Shown: positions 55,243 to 64,000 of the stretch, one piece after another | Position numbering within the stretch: the first letter of the stretch is position 1 | Layout: every line of letters starts with the position of its first letter | DNA from: Eledone cirrhosa | Taxonomy: Eukaryota | Length of the DNA: 64,000 nucleotides | Assembly (NCBI GenBank): GCA_964016885.1 | Contig: OZ024743.1 | Location: 66,154,001-66,218,000, forward strand | Direction: 5' to 3' | The notes under the pieces: model-generated | What the model saw: the letters and a program-made list of their open reading frames with translations, nothing else | Databases searched by the model: none | Told to the model about the DNA's origin: nothing | Translations under genes and position numbers: made by a program

Positions 55243-55425
55243 TTGTTTCTACATTTGGCACAAGGCCAGCAATTATCCCAGTGCATTACTGGTACTTTAT
55301 TTTATCGACTCCGTAAGGATGAAAGGCAAAGTTAAGCTCGGCGGGATTTGAACTCAGATCGGAAAGGGAGTAACTATGCTGGAAAGCATGTCCGATCTTC
55401 TACCGATACTGCCAATTCACCGCCC
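55243..55425 (-). mobile_element. Nin-domain SINE
   Basis: Same family as 16933-17122. Confidence 0.8.
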
Positions 55426-56487
55426 AATGCTTTGTAATATTCGTTCAAGCTCTTTGTGCTGTGAGTTTAAATTACGCCGAGGGTAACTTTATCTTTTATT
55501 TTTCGAGGTCCATAACAAAAGTACCAGTCCAGTACTGAGTTACGTTTTTACTCTATATCGCTTTCTCATTGTCTCTATAGCTTCTGTGGAAGAAATCTGC
55601 TGTATTTAGACAAGGAGAGGATTGGGCTCCGCGAGGTTTAAAAAGAAGAAAAATATTCAAGAACATTGCACTCTTGTGACTCCTTCAAAAGTTACGGGAC
55701 CATGCATTGTGTTAGATTTTCTTTAAACTTCTTAAGAATGGTTAAAAAATTAACTTCCCAAATATTAGCTTCGGTTATTCCAGGGAACTGCAGCACATAA
55801 CACACACTTTCTCTCTCTCTCTCACTCTCTCTTTCACTCTCTCTTTTAATCTCTCTTTCACTCTCTCTCACTCCCCCCTCCCCCCTTTCTCTCTCTCTCT
55901 TTTTCTCTGGAATAAACTGTGATAAACTGTGGGAGGTTTAAAATGCCCAAGTTTCACGACTCCAACCAGCGTTACGTGTTCATACATACACACAATCGAA
56001 ACTGGTTTAATCTGGTTTCAACTGAATCTGTGTCGTACTGTCTTAGCTTACCAGGGTCTTACCTCTGACTCCATGTTACTTGTTACAAGATGAAATTTGA
56101 TTTATTTATGGTGAAAATAAATATCTGCTATGTACAATTGTAATAAAGAACTCAACGATGATAACGAATTGATTTGAACTGAACATAATGACCGTAACAA
56201 ATACCTAACGACATTGCTATGTCAGCAAATGTTAAAATCCAATGATATTGTTTTTCATTTTCTTTTCTATTTTGTTTTTTCAGAAGAATTTTCTATGAAA
56301 TTTGATAGAAGATAAACTGGTTATGAACTCTAAAGACGAGAAAAGAGACGTTTAAGAATAGGGCTTTTGTCTTATTGATGCTAAGTTAAAAGTTTGACAT
56401 ATTTCAGAAATATGTTGAAAATTTACCATCCACTTAATTTTATTGTTATTGTTACTATTTCTGTCGAGGGAGAGGGAGGAGGGAGAT

Positions 56488-57512
56488 AGGTTGGCAGAAT
56501 TGGTAAAGCGCCGGACAAAATGTTTTCGGCATTTTTTCTGGTTCTTTACCTTCTGAGTTCAAATCCCGCCGAGGTTAGCTTTGCATTTCATCTTTACGGG
56601 GTCGATAAAATAAAGTACTAGTAATGCATTGATGTCGATAAAATAAAGTACCAGTAATGCTCTGGGGTCGATTTAATCGACGGTCCCATCCCCCCAAATT
56701 GTTGGCTTTCTGTTTAAATCAGAAGCCATTGGAAAGTCAGAGGGAGACAGATAGACAGACAAATGATTGTGGGAGAGCAGGAAGAAAAGTTAGAGATAGA
56801 GATAGAGATAGAGAGAGATAGATAGAGAGAGGGATTTAGAGAGAGAGAGAGAGAGAGAGAGAATGTAGCAGAAAGGAAAATTAAGGAGAGGGGATTGGCA
56901 GAATCGTTAAAGAGTCGAATAGAATGATTTTGGAATTTATTCTGACTCTGTTCTGAGTTCTAATCCCACCGAGATACGTTTAGCTCCTTCTTTCACCTTT
57001 CCGGGGTCGATGAAATAGACCCCGTGTCAAGCACCGGAGTCGATTCAATCAAGTCTCACCTCCCATCAAATTGCTGGTTCTTTTTTCTGTTATTTAAAAA
57101 AAATGTTTCTCCTTTCCGAACCCACTATGGGGTCTTGGAAAAGGCAATCTTTGTGTGCCCATCAAAGATTACGTATCGCGAGACCCTACAGAGGGTTCGA
57201 AAAGGAGAAAAACACAAAACAAAAGAAAAAAAACAGAAAAAAGAAGAACCAGCAAATTGATGATTTTGTAACTTAAATAGAAACCAATTATTATCACTTA
57301 TACTGAGGTCGGTGGATTGGCAGAATCAGTAGAGCGCCGGATAAAATGCTTTGCGTCATTTAGTTACGTCTCTTTACATTCTGAGTTCAAATCCAGTCGA
57401 TGTCAATTGTGCCTTTACTCCTTTCGAAGTTGATAAAATAAAGTAGTAGTCAATTACGTGTGTCAATTTAATCGACTTCCACATCTCTCAAATTGCTGGT
57501 TTTGTGCCTAGA
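56488..57512 (+). mobile_element. Three older Nin-domain SINE copies (~56488-56720, 56890-57078, 57308-57512)
   Basis: ttggcagaat.., ctgagttcaaatcc, ggggtcgataaaataaagtac. Confidence 0.75.
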
Positions 57513-57584
57513 TTAATTATTATTTAAATGAGCCACATGATTACCAACATCGACCTAATCTTCCTAAGCCTCCTGCTTATCTTC

Positions 57585-59170
57585 GTAATCATCATCATTA
57601 TCATCATCATCATCATCACCATCATCATCGTCATCACCATCATCATCATTATCATCAGGGTTGTTATCGTCGTCATCATCATCATCAGTGTTGTTGTCGG
57701 CATCATCTTCATCATCATAATTATCCTTATCATCTTTAAGTTCTTGATTTTTTATTTATGGAGCTTATTGAAATAGTAGTAGCAGCAGCTGTAGTAGTAG
57801 TAGTAGTAGTAGTAGCAGCAGCAGTAGTAGTAGTTATTTAGCACCATATCGGGTTCGATCGTGCATATCCAGCTGAAAGGTATTCCAGCCATGGCCATCT
57901 TGTCGTTTTGTACACCCGACTTTACATTTTCTAATGTCTCCCTTATGTAAAAGATGGTAGGGCCCGATATGAGGGAGATTTTTGCTGCTATTTCTAGCAG
58001 GTCAGTGACGCTCGTGTCTCTGTATGCTGAAATAGCAGTTTTTGATAAACTAACATTACTAGTCATTTTGATAGCAATGTCACCTGCTGATTTATGCTAC
58101 ATCATTTAATTCTTTCTTATCTTTCCTTGCTTTCCGTCATCGCATCACACCACCATCGCCACCACCACTACCTCTACCACCACCACCACCACTACCACTA
58201 CCACCACTACAACTACCACCACCACCACCACTACCACTACCACCACTACAACTACCACTGCCACTACCACGACCACTGCCACCACCACTACCACCACTAC
58301 CACAGCCACCACTACAACTACCACTGCCACTACCACGACCACTGCCACCACCACTACCACCACTACCACTGCCACCAATACCACTGCCACCACCACTACC
58401 ACTGCCACCACCACCACCACTGCCACCGCCGCCACCACCACCACCACTACAACAACCACCACTACCACCACCACCACTACAACAACCACCACTACCACCA
58501 TCACCACTATCACCAACTACACTAACACTACCACCACCATCACTATCAGCACTATAGCCACCACCACCACCACCACCAACACCTCCAAACCACCAGCACC
58601 ACAACCACCACCACCAGCACCACCACAACCAAACCACCAGCACCACCAGCACCACCACCACCATTACCACCACCACCACCACAATCATCATCACCACCAC
58701 CACCACCACCACCACAACAGCAACAACAATAACAACAACGATATTAACCAGAACAGTAAACAAACCAGCACCAGCACCACCGATACCACTACCACAACAA
58801 CAGCAACAATGACACTAGAACAGTAACCAAACCAGCACCAGCCCTACCAGCACCACCACTACCACCACTATCACTACCACTACCACCACCACTACCACCA
58901 CAACAAAAACAGCAACATTAGAACAGTAACCAAACCAGTGACCTCGCACTAACTATACCACCACCACCAACAACAACACCACCACCACTACCACCACCAC
59001 TAGCACTAATATCACTACAACCCCCACCACCACCAATACCACGACCAGCACGACCACGACGACCACTACCACCACTACAACCACCACCACACCATCGCCA
59101 TAACCACCACCACCATCACCACCACCTCTGCCACCAACACCACCACCACCAAACCGGCCACCCCGCACTA
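57585..59170. repeat. (CAT)n, (GTA)n, (ACC/ACT)n arrays
   Basis: Directly visible. Confidence 0.9.
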
Positions 59171-59619
59171 ACTAACACTATACATACGTAGTCATACTCG
59201 TTGTTAAATCTTTCTCTCCCGTTCATATCATTTTCTGTTGATAACATGTAGAATGTTCTGGATAATAGAGTGGTAGATGGAGTAAACACACTTCTGTTCT
59301 TTGGATTTATCTTATAGAAGGCCCCGTTGGCACAGCTGCGCAATGAAGGGTTTATCTTGTAATTGAATAACTATTAAATCTGCTATATAAAGGGCCTTTT
59401 ATAACTCTGGAATAATAACCAAAATGGAGGATAAAGAATAAAAAATGGGGGAAAAATGGAAAATGAAAACAAACACAAACATATATATATACACGTATAT
59501 AGATATATATATACATACATATATAGTATATATATATATGTGTGCGTTTGTGTGTGTGTGTGTGTGTATAAATATATATATATATGTATATAAATATTTA
59601 TATATATGACAGACTGGTC

Positions 59620-59663
<44 letters not shown>

Positions 59664-59696
59664 TGCATACACACACATTTATATATGTATATAAGA

Positions 59697-59804
<108 letters not shown>

Positions 59805-59880
59805 AAAAATTGAACGGGAACAAAACAGAGAGGCAGTACGAACAAAGGCTTATTAGTTTCACGCTCTTGAGAGTGGGGTG

Positions 59881-59922
<42 letters not shown>

Positions 59923-59979
59923 ATGTGTGTGTGTGTAAACATATTTCATAGTGAGCGACAGAAATTAAATGTCAATCGT

Positions 59980-60099
<120 letters not shown>

Positions 60100-60317
60100 A
60101 CCCCCTCTCTCTCCCTTACTCTCTTTCTCACACACTCTCTCCCCCTTTTTCTCAATGTCTTTCCAAACCTCTCTGTCAACGTGAAAAAGTTATTTGTTTT
60201 AAAAAGCATAACTTTTGTTTATGACCAGGAAAAGAAGTCCATGAAGGAATATTTAATGTCTAAAGAAAGATAAGGAAAGGTAGAAAGATCTACTGAAGTA
60301 GAGCTGACCAGGGGCTA

Positions 60318-60962
60318 AACACTACAACAACAATAACAACAGCAACACCAATAACAACAGCTACAGCAATAACAACAACAATAACAACAGCAACAACAAC
60401 AGGAACAACAACAGGAACAGCAACAACAATAATAATAACAACAACAACAGCAACAACAACAACAACAGCAACAATAATAATAACAACAATAGCGACAATA
60501 ACAACAACAGCAGCAACAACAACAATACCAACAACAACGGCACAAACAACAATATGAACAACAACAAAACAACAGCAGCAACAACAAAACAACAGCAATA
60601 ACAATAACAACAACAACAGCAACAGCAACAACAACAACAGCAACAACAACAACAGCAACAATAATAACAACAACAACAGCAACAATAACAACAACAACAG
60701 CAACAACAACAATAACGACAGCAACAACAACAACAACAACAATAAGAACAACAACAACAATAACACCACCACCAACAACAACAACATCAACACTATCATC
60801 TATAAGACTCCTAGATCAGAGATAGACTGAAGCTACACGACAACAGCAGCAGCAACAATAACAACAACAACAACTACAGCAACAACTACAACAACAACAG
60901 AAACAACAACAGTAACAACAACAACAGCAATAACAACAGCAACAGCAACAACAACAGCAACA
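60318..60962. repeat. (AAC/AGC/AAT)n array
   Basis: Directly visible. Confidence 0.95.
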
Positions 60963-61029
60963 CTATCCACTATAAGACTGCTCCATCAGAGAGAGCCTAG
61001 AGCCTCAAGCCACCAGACAAAAGTATGCC

Positions 61030-61280
61030 GTTACGTTCATTTGTTAACGACAGCAACAGTTGACTGATAAGATGACAAGTCAGTCAATCATGATGGTGGC
61101 CTCCCCACAGCCCCGGCGGACAGAATGGAGAAGGCGTTTCCCCGGAGGACGACAAGGGAGATGCGCTGGAAGAGCCATTCCAACTCGCGAAGCTCACACC
61201 TGCGGCTGGCCAGCTCAGCGCCTATGGTGGTGAGTAGGGCGGTAGCCCTAGGGCCGGGGATACCAGAAGTCTCCTCTGTT
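61030..61280 (-). mobile_element. CRE-like non-LTR element 3' fragment
   Basis: ETSG...LLTTIGAELASRR..LEWLFQRISLVVLRGNA. Confidence 0.78.
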
Positions 61281-61499
61281 ACAGGTAGCCAGCTATATAT
61301 TACCCACTCTACTGCCCTAAGTATCGAGTACTCTGGTGCGTTATGGTCCACCTGGTTCCTTACCACACTTCTTCGTTATATATATATATAGTAATAATAA
61401 TAAATTTTAAGACTAAAATTCAAAGAGGGCTCGATAAGGATAAATATAAAAGAACCGTAGAGCAAATATTTATTAAACTTGAATCTGTTATTTTAATAA

Positions 61500-61576
<77 letters not shown>

Positions 61577-61577
<1 letters not shown>

Positions 61578-61865
61578 CGGTTCCTGTCAGAATCAACCGT
61601 CTCCAACTGATCCGGCTGGATCCCAAGCAAGACCAGCCAAGCTCATGGATGTTAGCCAACCATCTTGCTTGGGATCTAATTCTGGGTCTCCTGCCGGCTG
61701 GTTTTGCCCCTAAAATCTGTCCAGCGATTCTTTTGTGAAACATTCTAACCTCATGCCCATTGTATTGGAGCTCTGATCTCTCAATTCGGAGAAGTAGCGG
61801 CTCTACCTGGGGTGACTCTCTGATATCCGAGCTACGTACTCTATCGAGTAACGTTATTCCAGTAA
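61577..61865 (-). mobile_element. RTE LINE fragment
   Basis: RIAGQILGAKPAGRRP; homologous to 43730-44000. Confidence 0.75.
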
Positions 61866-62199
61866 TACGCTTTCATTCTAGATTATAAGTATCGTTCAGG
61901 ATTTTAGACCAACATTTTGATAAGAAACTTGTTTTAGTGCTAATTCCTTGAAATGATTTAAATTGTAAAATATTTCGAATATGCATAAAGATAATAAAGA
62001 TATAGTAAAAGTGACCTAATTAAGACATATTTTATATATATAAACAATGTTGTAATCTAGAGACATCGGATTGGTAGACTCATCAGAACGTCAGACTAAA
62101 TGATTTGCAGTATATATTCCGGCGTTGTATACTTTGAGTTCAAATCAACTTTACTTTCCAACCTTTCGATGTTGTAGTTATTTTCTATAACTATATATA

Positions 62200-62385
62200 T
62201 TAGATAGAGCAGGGGCCCGACGGCTGGACTTTTGCCGTTTCAACAGCAAGTTCTAGACTGGAACTAGCTGTTGGAGCGGCAAGAGCTCAGCCGTCGCGCC
62301 CCGACTCTTTCTAATATGGTCATACCAAGTATCGATAACTCTGTTGAATAATGGTCTAACTTGTTTAACACTGGTTTAATCCTGA
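62200..62385. mobile_element. Diverged fold-back remnant with half-hammerhead, in (TA)n
   Basis: Imperfect palindrome 62201-62313 plus tail; GAAAC-ggc..gcc-GTC stem III geometry. Confidence 0.65.
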
Positions 62386-62963
62386 TATATATATATATAT
62401 ATATATATGTACATGATGATGGCTGCAACTCGATTTCGAGTAGTGCCATCGCTGGATACGTAAGCGTGAGCATCACGGACGAGGCTTTTTAGTCTTGCCA
62501 GGGACTTGCCTAAGACCAGCAATACCATGCATCGCAAACAATGATCAATATCAAACAATACCTGTGCTTCAAGCTTTTTTTAAGTGAGGATAGGTTTGCA
62601 CAGGGCCAATCCCACTCTAAACATCAAATCCATTTACCCCAAAAGAAGAACTGGTCTACATCATTAGATGCAAATAATGTCACAGGTTTTATATAAAAAA
62701 ACTTTTATTGAATGGCCGTTGACTCTCCTGAGTTCCTCTGCCTTTTGACGGGTTTTGTTTTTCATCACGCAGGGTGTACAACATCACCCTCATCACAGGG
62801 CAAGCTTGGTGGGTTTTCCGGTTTAGTCGCCGACGACCCGAACATGCACAAGTTGTACGTGGTTACATGTTACCAAGAGCGCTGAAGAGCGACCTGACAC
62901 ACACACACACATACAGAGACACACACACACACACTCGTAGATACACACACACACACACACACG

Positions 62964-63060
<97 letters not shown>

Positions 63061-63920
63061 TGTGGTGATCAAAATCTATGAAATTCATTTAAATCGTATT
63101 TATTTAATGATAGTGAATGATATTAGAGATAATGTGAACTTGATGACAAGGTTCAAGTAGAATTACTATTTATCAATAACTAAGAACAGATCAACATAAC
63201 TTCCTGTTGACATAACATTTGCGTCATTAGCTTCAACCTTAGTATTTGAATATTTCCTATCACAGTACAATGATTAATAAATAAAAAAATATCAAAATCA
63301 AAAACAAAGAAATGTAAAAATGCCTGAGTCTCTGTTGGAACAGTGGCACACACACATGCATAAATATATATATATATATATATACGCTTTCTAAATAATA
63401 TATATATATTTAAATAGAAAGTTAACAAGACAATATATAACTACTCCATTTCTAAAGGTTTCATTCTAAAAAATTCTAAAGTCAGTCTTAAGCCAGAAGG
63501 CTCATTTGGCCAGTGCTTATCCCGGTTTCATGGCGTGACGCGACTGAGAGTACAATACACCTCCCTGGACAAGACGCCAGTCCATCGCAGGGTTAAACCT
63601 CATTTTCAGCTGAGTATACTGGAGCAACGTGAAATGAAGTGTTTTGCTCAAGAACGCAACACACAGCCGTGGAATCGAACCCACAACATTATGATCGTAA
63701 GTCCAACACTCTTACCACTAGGCCACGTGCCTCCACAAGGTTTCAGGACCCTAGACAATATTAACATACGTCTAGTTCGCTCATCAGAAAGAGGGGTCAA
63801 CCTGAAACCTTTGGCAATGGAGTAGTTACATATTGTGTTGTTCACTTTCTAATTAAATAGCTCTGTTTTATACATAGAGCACTCTTTTTTCTTCTGCTTT
63901 TTCTTCGTAAATACTTAACG

Positions 63921-63974
<54 letters not shown>

Positions 63975-64000
63975 TTTAGTACAGCATTAACGAAGCTTAA

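Noticed and set aside
54949-56313. Splice-like signals (GA/GTAAGT at ~55018; polypyrimidine-CAG at 56283)
   Set aside because: No consistent, recognisable reading frame could be assembled; RNA-seq would be needed.
62640-62700. LVYIIRCK*CHRFYI, GIY-YIG-like peptide
   Set aside because: Too short and interrupted to call.

Overview
Repeat-dominated, AT-rich metazoan DNA, most likely a cephalopod such as Octopus. That assignment is inferred from the Nin-domain tRNA-SINEs and the very high (TA)n/(CA)n/(GA)n load. No host gene can be supported. The coding content is retroelements: three Penelope-like elements (PLEs) with RT, a CxCx5C linker and a C-terminal GIY-YIG domain (Hydra-clade-like). One is intact (773 aa) with an apparently identical 2.3 kb partial tandem copy. 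There are also two head-to-tail decayed L1/Tx1 LINEs plus a fragment, and RTE, CRE-like and R4/Dong fragments. The most interesting layer is non-coding and sits inside (TA)n tracts. It comprises a 420-bp ORF-less tandem unit carrying a type I hammerhead ribozyme (retrozyme-like, three clusters at 32.3-36.6 kb), PLE hammerheads with an enlarged 50-90 nt stem II domain, and many small fold-back palindromes, several of which turn around at a ribozyme hairpin. All RNA structures were paired by eye, not computed.
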